DNA from: an uncultured Acidobacteriota bacterium
Lineage (GTDB): Bacteria; Acidobacteriota; Vicinamibacteria; Marinacidobacterales; DATDRI01
DNA: 64,000 nt
Direction: 5' to 3'
Assembly (NCBI GenBank): GCA_963722765.1
Contig: CAVROO010000007.1
Location: 159,606 to 223,605 of the forward strand
Positions 21,923-30,757 of this stretch are shown here, piece after piece (position 1 is the first letter of the stretch; the number at the start of each line of letters is the position of its first letter). A program made the translations under genes and the position numbers. The notes beneath the pieces are model-generated. The model did no database searches. It worked only from the letters and a program-made list of their open reading frames with translations, and was not told the DNA's origin.

Positions 21923-23655
21923 ATGAAGCTTTTCGACTGGGCGGCACACCGCGGCGGCATGTCTCGAGTACTTTTCTCCAGTGCTTTGCTGGCACTCGGT
22001 CTCGTGCTCGTGGTCTGGGCCGGCAACCGCGCGACGAGGCGCGAGCTTCTGACGTTGCTCCGCGACCAAGCGGCGTCGTTGAGACAGACTCTAGCGGCGG
22101 CGGCACGCTCGAACTACGAAGCGAGCAAGCAAGCGGCCGGCGAGCTCGAGGTGCGCATGCTCGAGAGCGCTCACATGCTGGCCGAGCTCGACCGGCTCGA
22201 TTTACTGAATGAAAATCTACTCAACGAGATGGTTAGCCGAAACCGGTTGTTCCGTGTCACCATTTACGGGCCCAATCGCGAGGAAGAGTACGCCAGTGGA
22301 GGCGCCCGGGGTCCAAGAAGGGGCTTCGGTCCGGGATTCGCTACCGGGTACGGGGGGAGTCTTCTCGATCGATTGTACTCCGACGAAGAGGCCACACGAA
22401 GTTACGGATATACACGTGTCCCGCTGGGGCGATTGGAGGGGGTTCGCCGCCGTCCGGCGCGAATCGGGCGGTGCCATCGTATTGAACGTCGATGCCTCTC
22501 AAGATAAAAAGACTCGAGCGGCAATCTTCCCTCAATTACCTACTCGAAGACATCACCGAGAACGCGAGCGAGGTGGTTTATGTGGTTTTCGAACAGGACG
22601 CCCTCCACATCGCTCACGGCGATATCCCGAGCGACCTGGACATCGAATCCGCCCAGGACGGCACGACCTCAGACGGGAGGTGACCTTCACTCCGAGGAAC
22701 GCGAGACGGAAGTGGGCGGTCACTCCGTCCTCGAGTTCGCCGGCCCCATTGTCTTGGACGAGGAAACGACGGCGTTTCTGCGCCTCGGAATCAAGGCTCG
22801 ACGGACTGCGCCGGGCTGAGCAACGTATGCTGTGGCAACTCAGTCTGTCGCTGGCGGCGAGTCTAGCCTTGGCGTTTCTCGGTGTCGGTACGGTTTGGCT
22901 TCAGCGCAAGTACAGCTTGCTGAGTGAACGACACGATCGCACTCGGGAAGCCCTTCGGCGGAAGGATCGTCTGGCCGCCATGGGAGAGCTTTCCTCGACC
23001 GTGGCCCACGAAATAAGGAATCCACTGAATGCCATCTCCATGAGCGCCACGCGGTCTGCGTCGTGAGTTTTTGGACACCGTACCCGTTTCAGGCGACGAC
23101 CGAGAGGAGGCGGAAGAGCTCCTGGGTGTTCTCGAGGTCGAGTCGCGACGGATGAACGACCGGATTCAGCAGTTTCTGGACTTCGCCCGTCCTCCCCGCC
23201 TGGCGCCGCGTCCGACCGACCTTGGGGAGCTCACACGATCGGTAGAGGAAAGCGCAAGGGCTACAGGCGCTGCGAAAGGGGTGGAGGTCACTTCCGATCG
23301 TCCGGCGCCGGAATGGCCACAGTGGATCCCGAGCAGCTTCGGCAAGTCCTCGAGAACCTCGTCCGAAATGCCGTCGAGGCCACACCCGAAGGCGGCCGTG
23401 TATCCATCGTTGCCCGCCGCCGAGGGAAGTTCCACGAAATCGAGGTGACCGACACCGGGAAAGGGATCGAGGTTGAGCGACCTACCTCGTCTCTTCGATC
23501 TCTATTTCACTACGAAGACGGAGGGTACGGGCGTCGGATTGGCGGTGGCCCAGCAGGTAGTGACCGCTCACGGCGGAACGATCGAGGTGGACTCAACCCC
23601 GGGACGAGGTACTACAATGACCATCAAGCTACCACGTGCGGAAAGCAAATCATGA
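21923..23655 (+). CDS. sensor histidine kinase (membrane, HisKA + HATPase_c), multiple frameshifts
   Basis: N-terminal TM segment. HisKA H-box [23 protein letters not shown] in ORF 22209..23066. N-box and G-box pieces [16 protein letters not shown]...[10 protein letters not shown] and [31 protein letters not shown] in two further frames. Stop overlaps the RR start (ATGA). Confidence 0.8.
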
Positions 23656-25016
23656 GTGAACGGGTGGTTCTCGTCGTCGATGACGAAGCTTCGCAGCGCA
23701 AGGTCCTCTCCGGGTTCCTTCGCAAGCGCGGCTTCGTGACCCTGTCCGCGGAAAGTGTTGATGAAGCCCTCGAGCTCGCCGGTACCAACGTGATCGATCT
23801 CGTGATGACCGATCTCCGCATGCCCGGTCGAGACGGCATCGAGCTGCTTCGAGAGCTTCGGGCGATGAATCCCGAAGTTCCCGTGATTCTGATGACCGCC
23901 TTCGGTACCGTCGAAACCGCCGTTAACGCCATGAAGGAGGGGGCCTCGGACTACCTGACCAAGCCGATCGATCTCGACGAGCTCCTCATACTGGTGAACC
24001 GCAACCTGGAACACCGGGCACTCGAGTCCGAGAACCGGGAGCTTCGACGGCAACTCGAATCCCGTTATCGCCTGAAGGGCCTCCAAACATCGAATCCCAA
24101 AATGGCCCAAGCCATCAACGTTGCGGCTCGAGCGGCTTCGAGCCGCGCAACCATTTTGATCCGCGGCGAGAGCGGAACCGGTAAGGAGCTTCTTGCCCGC
24201 GCCATTCACTACGCGAGTCCTCGCGCCAAACGCCCATTGATCGCGGTCAACGTTGCGGCGCTTCCGGACACTCTTCTCGAGTCGGAGCTTTTCGGACACG
24301 AGCGGGGCGCGTTCACCGGTGCCGACCGGCAACACCGAGGCCGCTTCGAGCTTGCCGATACGGGGACACTTTTCCTGGACGAGATTGGGGATCTTCCTCA
24401 CGGCACACAGGCGAAACTGCTCCGGGCCCTACAAGAAAAATCCTTCGAGAGACTCGGCGGGACACGTTCGTTAAAAGTCGATGTTCGCGTACTCGCCGCC
24501 ACCCATCGTGACCTCGAGGAGATGGTTCGAAAAGGAGAGTTTCGAGAGGATCTCTATTACCGCTTGAACGTGGTCTCCATCGAGATTCCGCCTCTACGAG
24601 AACGCCGGGAGGATATTCCTCACCTCGTCGATCACTTCATTCGACAGTTCGCCGAAGAGAGCGATTCCCACGTAACGGGAATGTCCCGTGAGGCCATGGA
24701 CGGCCTACTCAAACACGATTACCCGGGCAACGTCCGCGAACTGGAGAACATGGTGCACCGTGCTATGGTGCTCGCTCGAGACTCCCTCCTCGCCGTTTCC
24801 GACTTTCCTCTCCATCTTTTAAATATTCAAAATGAAAACATTGCGCCGGACTCGCTCGTCGATCGCATGGCCAATTACGAGAAGGCGCTCCTGACCGAAG
24901 CGCTCGAAAAGGCCGGCGGAGTGAAGACCCGGGCAGCCCGTGCACTGGGTATCAGCGAAAGACATCTCCGTTACCGCCTGAGCAAATACGGCATCGAGCC
25001 CGGCGACAACGACTAG
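23652..25016 (+). CDS. sigma-54-dependent NtrC-family response regulator (REC + AAA+ sigma-54 activator + Fis-type HTH)
   Basis: REC domain (VVDDEAS...[14 protein letters not shown]). Walker [15 protein letters not shown] sigma-54 contact motif. ESELFGHE. C-terminal [18 protein letters not shown]. Intact. Confidence 0.92.
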   Translation: MSERVVLVVDDEASQRKVLSGFLRKRGFVTLSAESVDEALELAGTNVIDLVMTDLRMPGRDGIELLRELRAMNPEVPVILMTAFGTVETAVNAMKEGASDYLTKPIDLDELLILVNRNLEHRALESENRELRRQLESRYRLKGLQTSNPKMAQAINVAARAASSRATILIRGESGTGKELLARAIHYASPRAKRPLIAVNVAALPDTLLESELFGHERGAFTGADRQHRGRFELADTGTLFLDEIGDLPHGTQAKLLRALQEKSFERLGGTRSLKVDVRVLAATHRDLEEMVRKGEFREDLYYRLNVVSIEIPPLRERREDIPHLVDHFIRQFAEESDSHVTGMSREAMDGLLKHDYPGNVRELENMVHRAMVLARDSLLAVSDFPLHLLNIQNENIAPDSLVDRMANYEKALLTEALEKAGGVKTRAARALGISERHLRYRLSKYGIEPGDND

Positions 25017-25167
25017 CCGAGCTTCCCGCCGTTCATCGACACATTGGTCGATCGGAGTCGACCATATCGTCGAGCTTTTTGAGCCAACCTCCTACAGCCT
25101 GTCTCACCCGGTAATGCTATCGTCCTATTTTCAATCGTTTACGAAGTAAAGCCTCCTCCTATCGCAA

Positions 25168-25183
25168 TGGCCCTTCCTTTGCT
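25168..25183 (+). promoter_or_regulatory. putative sigma-54 (-24/-12) promoter driving the downstream DUF4405-polyferredoxin operon
   Basis: TGGCCCttcctTTGCT with canonical GG-N10-GC spacing, 23 nt upstream of the ATG at 25206 and directly downstream of the NtrC-like activator gene. Confidence 0.65.
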
Positions 25184-25205
25184 CTAAGAGTGGTCGGGAA
25201 ACGAA

Positions 25206-26120
25206 ATGAAGGAGCAGCTCATGAAAGATAACAGATTCCGATCGACCTTCTACACACGCGGCTTTACGACCTTCGTTCTGGTGATGTCGTTTCTCGTCAT
25301 CGCCGGGACCGGGATTGCCCTGTTCGCAACACCCCGGGGACGGGTGGCTCATTGGACCGACTGGACGCTCCTGGGTCTGGGGAAAGACCAGTGGAGCAGC
25401 ATTCACCTCACCGCTGCCGCCTTGTTTTTGTTCGCCGCCGCACTCCACATCGTCTTCAACTGGAAGGTCCTCAAAGGCTACCTCAAGTTGAGAAGAGTGG
25501 CGGGTCTTCGGCTCAAGCGCGAGCTCTTTGCCGCCGCCACGGTCAGCCTGTTGTTCGTAGCCGGCACTTTGGCTCAGGTTCCTCCGTTCAGCACCCTCGT
25601 CGATCTCCACCACGAGGTTAAGGATTACTGGGAGCAAACCAGCGTTCGGGCACCGGCGCCTCACGCCGAGGAGCACCATCTTTCAGCGCTTGCACAAAGG
25701 ATGGATCTTTCGACGGAGGACGTGGTCGCCACGCTCGAAGCCAGAGGTTTCACAAATCTGGAACCTGATAGGTCCTTGGCCCGAATCGCCAACGCCAACG
25801 CCGTTGCACCCAGCGAGATCTACGAAAGTTTAGAGCTCAACCATGAGCCTAGACGCCCGCAGTCCGAATCGGTCGGGCCGCGAATGGGCCGAATGACGCT
25901 CGGAGACTACTGCCGGGCCAATGGTATTTCTCTAGACCGAGCGATCGCGACTTTGCGGGATGACGGAGCTCGCGCTCACGAATCCTCGACGTTACGAGAC
26001 CTGGCAGGCTCACTCGACCTGAGACCCGGCGAGCTTGCGCGGAGGCTTGGGGGGCAAGGCGGGAATGGAGGGGTCGGAACGGAAGGCGACGACTGCAGCT
26101 CTACCCGTCGTAGTCGTTAG
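25206..26120 (+). CDS. DUF4405-like membrane protein (cytochrome-b-like 4-TM N-domain) with extended C-terminal soluble region
   Basis: N-terminal TM helices with conserved His residues (HWTDW, HLTAAALFLFAAALHIVFNW) typical of DUF4405. A ~170-aa C-terminal extension is unassigned. Confidence 0.6.
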   Translation: MKEQLMKDNRFRSTFYTRGFTTFVLVMSFLVIAGTGIALFATPRGRVAHWTDWTLLGLGKDQWSSIHLTAAALFLFAAALHIVFNWKVLKGYLKLRRVAGLRLKRELFAAATVSLLFVAGTLAQVPPFSTLVDLHHEVKDYWEQTSVRAPAPHAEEHHLSALAQRMDLSTEDVVATLEARGFTNLEPDRSLARIANANAVAPSEIYESLELNHEPRRPQSESVGPRMGRMTLGDYCRANGISLDRAIATLRDDGARAHESSTLRDLAGSLDLRPGELARRLGGQGGNGGVGTEGDDCSSTRRSR

Positions 26121-26128
26121 GTGCGGAA

Positions 26129-26545
26129 ATGAGATTACAGACATCACTCTTGCGGTTTCTCCGAGCCCTCGCCTTTCCGCTCATGATCGCCTTGGTCTCG
26201 ACACCCGACGCGAAGGCCTGTGAGATTGCCGTCAAGGTCAAGAGCGACCCGAAGCCCTCCTATCAGACGGGGGACGTCGTGGTCTTCGAGGTCACGGTTT
26301 TTCTCACCCATCACGACTGCCCGGAGGGAATCAAGGCGACCAAATTCAATGGTGAAGGACTCGAGCTTCTCGGGGCGACGAAGTGGAAAGAGATCAGCAC
26401 GGGAACCTACGTGCGGCTCGTCAAGGCAAAGGTAACGGCCGCCAAGGACGGCGCGGGGGCGCTGCACGCACGGAGGAAGTGTGACAAGGAAGGAGGGTAC
26501 GGTGTTGTGACGCTCGCCGTTCCCGCTTCGGATGATGATGTCTAG
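26129..26545 (+). CDS. hypothetical small secreted protein
   Basis: 138-aa ORF with signal peptide, 9 nt after the previous stop (operonic). Contains Cys/His residues (KACEIAV, HHDCPEG). Confidence 0.45.
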   Translation: MRLQTSLLRFLRALAFPLMIALVSTPDAKACEIAVKVKSDPKPSYQTGDVVVFEVTVFLTHHDCPEGIKATKFNGEGLELLGATKWKEISTGTYVRLVKAKVTAAKDGAGALHARRKCDKEGGYGVVTLAVPASDDDV

Positions 26546-26560
26546 GAACGTTAGCTGAGG

Positions 26561-27570
26561 GTGCTGCACATGAAATTTCATCATCGCTCGACCACCGTTG
26601 CCGCGATTTGCATCGTTCTCCTCTTTGGATTGGCCTCGGCCCCGGGACAAAACTCTGTCGATAAGGATAAGGGCGAAGCGCTTCTGGAAAACGAAGGATT
26701 CGAGAGCTTTGAAGAGTTCGAAACCCTCGATGAATCGGAGCTAGTCGAAGGCTCAGAAGAAGACAAACCCGCTCTCGAGCATCGCGGTTTTCGAATGGCG
26801 CTCATCGCGCTGGGATTCACGGTACTTGCGGGATTCCTAGTCCGATCCCGACGTCTACGGCCAACCCGAGCCGTTTTGCTCCTTGCCTCGCTCGCCGTTC
26901 TCGGTTTCTGGAATGGCGGCTGTCCCTGCCCCATTTCCAGTTTTCAGAACCTCGTTCTTTTTCTCCAAGGGGTTGACGTCAAGACTCATAGCCTGATCTG
27001 GTTCCTGGCCCTCGTTCCCATCACGTATGTCTTCGGACGAGTCTGGTGTGGGTGGATCTGCCATCTCGGGGCACTTCAGGAGTTCGTCCACAAACCGAAT
27101 CGGCTGGCCTTTTTACACGGTGAGGGTGCGCGTAAAGCCATGCGTGTCACGCGCTATGTTTTGTTCTTCTCGCTACTCGCCCAGCTCGCGCTGACGAAAG
27201 AGAACCTCTTCATCCACGTCAACCCCTTCAAGGTCGCGTTCAACATGAGATCTTTTTACTTGAGTGGTTGGATCCTTCTCGGCATCCTTCTTGTAAGCTC
27301 CCTGTACGTTTATCGGCCTTTCTGCCGTTCGGCTTGCCCGGTGGGTTTGATGCTGGGTTGGGTTGGGCGTCTGCCCTTTGCCTCCAAACTCGCTCTCAAC
27401 GACGACTGCCGGACCTGCAAGCTCTGTTCGAAGGCCTGTCCGGCGGAAGCCGTGACCACCGCTCATCAGCAAATCCAAATTAGACATGAAGATTGTTTTG
27501 CCTGTGGCTCTTGTATGGATGCCTGCAGGCGGGACTCAATTTCCTTTGAACGAAAGGGAGGCGTCGATGA
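26561..27570 (+). CDS. NapH/MauN/FixG-type membrane-bound 4Fe-4S ferredoxin; C-terminus uncertain
   Basis: TM helices with the CGWICHLGALQEF motif. Two ferredoxin motifs CRTCKLCSKACP and CFACGSCMDAC. The six-frame ORF runs to 27748, overlapping the next gene by 180 nt. A frameshift near the end would give a TGA overlapping the downstream ATG (ATGA) at 27567-27570. Confidence 0.7.
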
Positions 27571-28901
27571 CGACACGAGCAAACCGCATCACTTGGATCC
27601 TGGTTCTGTCTTTGTTCCTAGTAACAAAGTCAACGGTCGCTCAGGAATGCGACAGCCAAGTGGCGGCGCATCTGGAGCCGGTGAAGGAAGGGTCGGGGCT
27701 TTCGTGGGCGATGGAACTGACCGGCCAACTCGGTTACCTGGGTCATAGCTCACTCGATCGGGGCCTTGCCAGCGGCATGGTGTTTCTCGGTCTGCACTAC
27801 CAGTCCGACTTCGAATCTCCCCATCGCTTCTATTTCGAGGGTGGCTACAAGAACTGGTACAAGACCGACACCGGCCCGGGACTCGGCGGTGACGGGCAAA
27901 CCTTTGGTGATTTTCCAACTCCGGCAAAAGACAACTGGGGACTACGAGAAGCCTACTACGATTTCGACGGCGGCCAGACGAAGGTTACGGGCGGTCTCCA
28001 TACGGCGAGCCTCGGAGAAACGCTTCTTTTGGACGAGCGCGCTGTCGGTTTGAGCTTCCAGAGAGAGCTTGGACCGGTCCAATTTCAGATGACCACAGGC
28101 AGTGTCATGACTCGCTTCGCGAGAATGAAGGACTTCTGCGCCACTCGCCATGTCTATCGCGTCGTGCGCGGAGGACGGATCAATTACGTCGGTGACGGTT
28201 TCGGTGAAACGAATTTCTTGGGTGGCACCGTCTCTTGGTCACCCTCGGGCGGAGCGACATCGGACGACCTTGCCGGCGAGGAAGAGGAAGACGAATTTGG
28301 AGCATTCGAGGAGCTTTCTTCCTTCGAGGAATCCGAGGAAGGTCTCGTGCGCCGTGTGGGCGCCGTCTTCTTCGAAGAGTTCGGGTCTGCTTTTCTCGTC
28401 AACCAGCTTTATTACGGAGGACTCGCCGAGCTCAATCTATGGTCCGACCTCGAGCTCGAGCTCGAGTTGATCCACCAACATGTCGCCGATCATCGCGTGC
28501 TCGGATACATGGTCCAGGGTCAAAAGGACTTCACCTGGAAGTCGGGCGCCTTTACCGCCTTTCGGCTCGGTTACATCGGCAGCGCCGAGGTCGATCCGGA
28601 CGCCCGCTTCCGCCCCACCTTCAGCAATCTTTTTCTCGGAGAGGTCATGCGACTGGATGTCGCCAACATGCCTCTCGTTTTCGGGCGATTGAAACATACG
28701 CTTACTTGGAGAGGTAGGCCCTCTATCGGTTTTTTCGCCGTAGCACAAACCTCCGCAACACGTGCCGAAGAATACGACCTCGAGCTCGACGTCCATCTCA
28801 CCCGGGGTCTTCGTCTCTACGGGGTCGTTGGATTCGTGCGCGCCGAGTCTCTACCGTCGTCAACAACCGTCGCACGGGCGCAGTTCCGCTACGCTTTTTG
28901 A
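27567..28901 (+). CDS. putative outer-membrane beta-barrel protein (porin-like)
   Basis: AAGGGAGG SD 7 nt upstream. Signal peptide MTTRANRITWILVLSLFLVTKSTVAQE. Alternating amphipathic beta-strand pattern. Acidic linker EEEEDEFGAFEELSSFEESEEG. C-terminal RAQFRYAF with terminal aromatic residue. Confidence 0.6.
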   Translation: MTTRANRITWILVLSLFLVTKSTVAQECDSQVAAHLEPVKEGSGLSWAMELTGQLGYLGHSSLDRGLASGMVFLGLHYQSDFESPHRFYFEGGYKNWYKTDTGPGLGGDGQTFGDFPTPAKDNWGLREAYYDFDGGQTKVTGGLHTASLGETLLLDERAVGLSFQRELGPVQFQMTTGSVMTRFARMKDFCATRHVYRVVRGGRINYVGDGFGETNFLGGTVSWSPSGGATSDDLAGEEEEDEFGAFEELSSFEESEEGLVRRVGAVFFEEFGSAFLVNQLYYGGLAELNLWSDLELELELIHQHVADHRVLGYMVQGQKDFTWKSGAFTAFRLGYIGSAEVDPDARFRPTFSNLFLGEVMRLDVANMPLVFGRLKHTLTWRGRPSIGFFAVAQTSATRAEEYDLELDVHLTRGLRLYGVVGFVRAESLPSSTTVARAQFRYAF

Positions 28902-28917
28902 AGAGAGGGACGCGAAC

Positions 28918-29757
28918 ATGGCATGCAATCGAAGAGATTTCATTCGCCGGAGCGGATCGCTCGTGATCGCCGGGGCGACCGGTGGATCTCTCGCCAGTCT
29001 GCTCACGGGCTGCAGTGAGAGCACCTCAACGTCACCTCTTTATGGAATCGAGATCTGCCCCAATACCTGCACGGGTTGTGGAACGTGCATCGACTCCTGC
29101 AGCAGCAGCGCCATCCAGTTGCCGCGAGAATCATCGTTTGCCATCGATTCAGCAAAGTGTGTGGAGTGCGGCGATTGCCAATCGGTTTGTGAGCCGAAGG
29201 CAATCCACGTAGCGGCAAAAAAGATCGAGCTGAACGCCGACCAGTGCGTCGGCTGCGGCGACTGCCTCGAGGTCTGCCGGAACGAGGGCGGGGCAATCCA
29301 GTGGGAACGGGATCACTACCAAGTTGGCAGTAGTTGCCACCCCGGAAGGTGCGGCCGTCCCTGCATAAGCTCTTGCCCGGAGAACGCCATTACGACGGAG
29401 CAAGGGCGAGCTCACATCGACCGCGACCGTTGCACCCGATGCGGCCGATGTCTCGAGGTCTGTCCTTACGGAGCCATTTCTCCTGCTCGGGTTCTTTTCG
29501 ACGAATCAAAGTGCACCCGATGCGGAAAGTGCGCCGATGTGTGCAACCACAACGCGATCACGAGCCAGTTGCCTGCGATCGATTTCGAGCCCAGTATCGC
29601 GCTCGACCTCTGCAATCAATGCGGTTCCTGTGAAACCGCCTGCACGCACGACGCCATTATCGCAGAGCGGTATCAAGCGACGGTTGTGGCGGAACGTTGT
29701 TCGGGGTGTGGTTCTTGCGTTCCGACCTGTCCCTTCGACGCCATTCGGACGCTGTAG
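28918..29757 (+). CDS. Tat-exported periplasmic polyferredoxin with eight [4Fe-4S] binding motifs
   Basis: Twin-arginine signal MACNRRDFIRRSGSLVIAGATGG. Eight CxxCxxCxxxC-type motifs (for example CTGCGTCIDSC, CVECGDCQSVC, CTRCGRCLEVC, CSGCGSCVPTC). Starts 17 nt after the OMP stop. Confidence 0.85.
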   Translation: MACNRRDFIRRSGSLVIAGATGGSLASLLTGCSESTSTSPLYGIEICPNTCTGCGTCIDSCSSSAIQLPRESSFAIDSAKCVECGDCQSVCEPKAIHVAAKKIELNADQCVGCGDCLEVCRNEGGAIQWERDHYQVGSSCHPGRCGRPCISSCPENAITTEQGRAHIDRDRCTRCGRCLEVCPYGAISPARVLFDESKCTRCGKCADVCNHNAITSQLPAIDFEPSIALDLCNQCGSCETACTHDAIIAERYQATVVAERCSGCGSCVPTCPFDAIRTL

Positions 29758-30121
29758 GAGTGGGCCAGTTGTAATAGGTTTACATAACTTTACGCGCGGG
29801 CATCACTTCCGAAATGTACTCCCACGTATTCATGGTTAGGTACGGAACACGATAACCATGACACACAAGACCGCCATCTCATTCGAACAGGACGACGTGA
29901 ACCGGTGGCAGGCGGCCCGCCGCCCCGGAGCAACTCAACAAGTCTCAGACGAACACACACCCGGCCGATCCAATCCGAAAGCAGGTACGGCTCGAGTCGC
30001 GACGATTGTGAAGAGGAGAAGGCCGATCCGGAAAGAGGACGATGAGTTCCCCTGACTGACTCTTTATGACCGGCCATGCAAGTTGTTTGCCCGCATCAAT
30101 ACCGTGTCTTAGAATACAAAC

Positions 30122-30688
30122 ATGATGAGTCTCCTCAAAGACACCGAGGTGCGACGCTTCACGGCGCAGGAATACGACCGTCTCGGTGAAATGGGTTTCA
30201 TCTCGTCTGATGAGCGAGTCGAGCTCATCGAAGGAATCATTTGCAAGATGGGTCCGGAAGGTAAACGTCACGTGGCCGCCATTGAGCTGGTGCTCGACCT
30301 TTTCACTAACCGCCTAAAGGGCCGTCATCGTGTTAGGTCGCAACATCCGCTGACCGTGGCGATGGATTCCCAGCCGGAGCCTGACATCGCGATCGTGGAA
30401 GCCGCAGACCCGCGCGCGTACCTCGAAGCCCACCCGACAGCCGCACTTCTGGTGGTCGAGGTATCGGATAACTCGCTCGACAAAGACCTCACATGGAAGG
30501 CTAACCTCTACGCCCGGGGGAAGATCCCCGAATACTGGGTTCTGAACTTGGTCGAAGACAACCTGATCGTTTTTCGCAAGCCCTCTGAGGAAGGTTACCG
30601 AGAGAAGCGTACTCTCAAAAGAGTTGACACGGTCAGCCCGCTTAGATTCCCTGAAATTGAGGTAACCGTCGACAAGCTGCTACCCTGA
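30122..30688 (+). CDS. Uma2-family (DUF820) putative restriction-endonuclease-like protein
   Basis: Characteristic Uma2 pattern FTAQEYDRLGEMG...ELIEGII...EPDIAIVEA...EVSDNSLDKDLTWKANLYARGKIPEYWVLNL. Confidence 0.8.
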   Translation: MMSLLKDTEVRRFTAQEYDRLGEMGFISSDERVELIEGIICKMGPEGKRHVAAIELVLDLFTNRLKGRHRVRSQHPLTVAMDSQPEPDIAIVEAADPRAYLEAHPTAALLVVEVSDNSLDKDLTWKANLYARGKIPEYWVLNLVEDNLIVFRKPSEEGYREKRTLKRVDTVSPLRFPEIEVTVDKLLP

Positions 30689-30757
30689 AACCTCATCCCC
30701 TGTTTGTTTCATTAGACGACCAACCGGCTTGGTCAAGATTGCACTCCGGCGATGTTT

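Noticed and set aside
27486-27566. Upstream extension of the OMP ORF (start at 27486, MKIVLPVALVWMPAGG...)
   Set aside because: The downstream ATG at 27567 has a strong AAGGGAGG SD and is followed by a canonical signal peptide. The extension would overlap the NapH-like gene and lacks an SD.
26561-27748. Full six-frame extent of the NapH-like ORF (to 27748)
   Set aside because: The last ~60 codons overlap the well-supported OMP start and have no ferredoxin or TM features. The true stop probably lies near 27570 after an indel. The CDS is reported only to 27570, with uncertainty stated.
29858-30055. 65-aa ORF between the polyferredoxin and Uma2 genes
   Set aside because: No SD. Composition is not protein-like (Arg/Pro/Thr rich). 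No homolog recognised. It is probably non-coding intergenic DNA.
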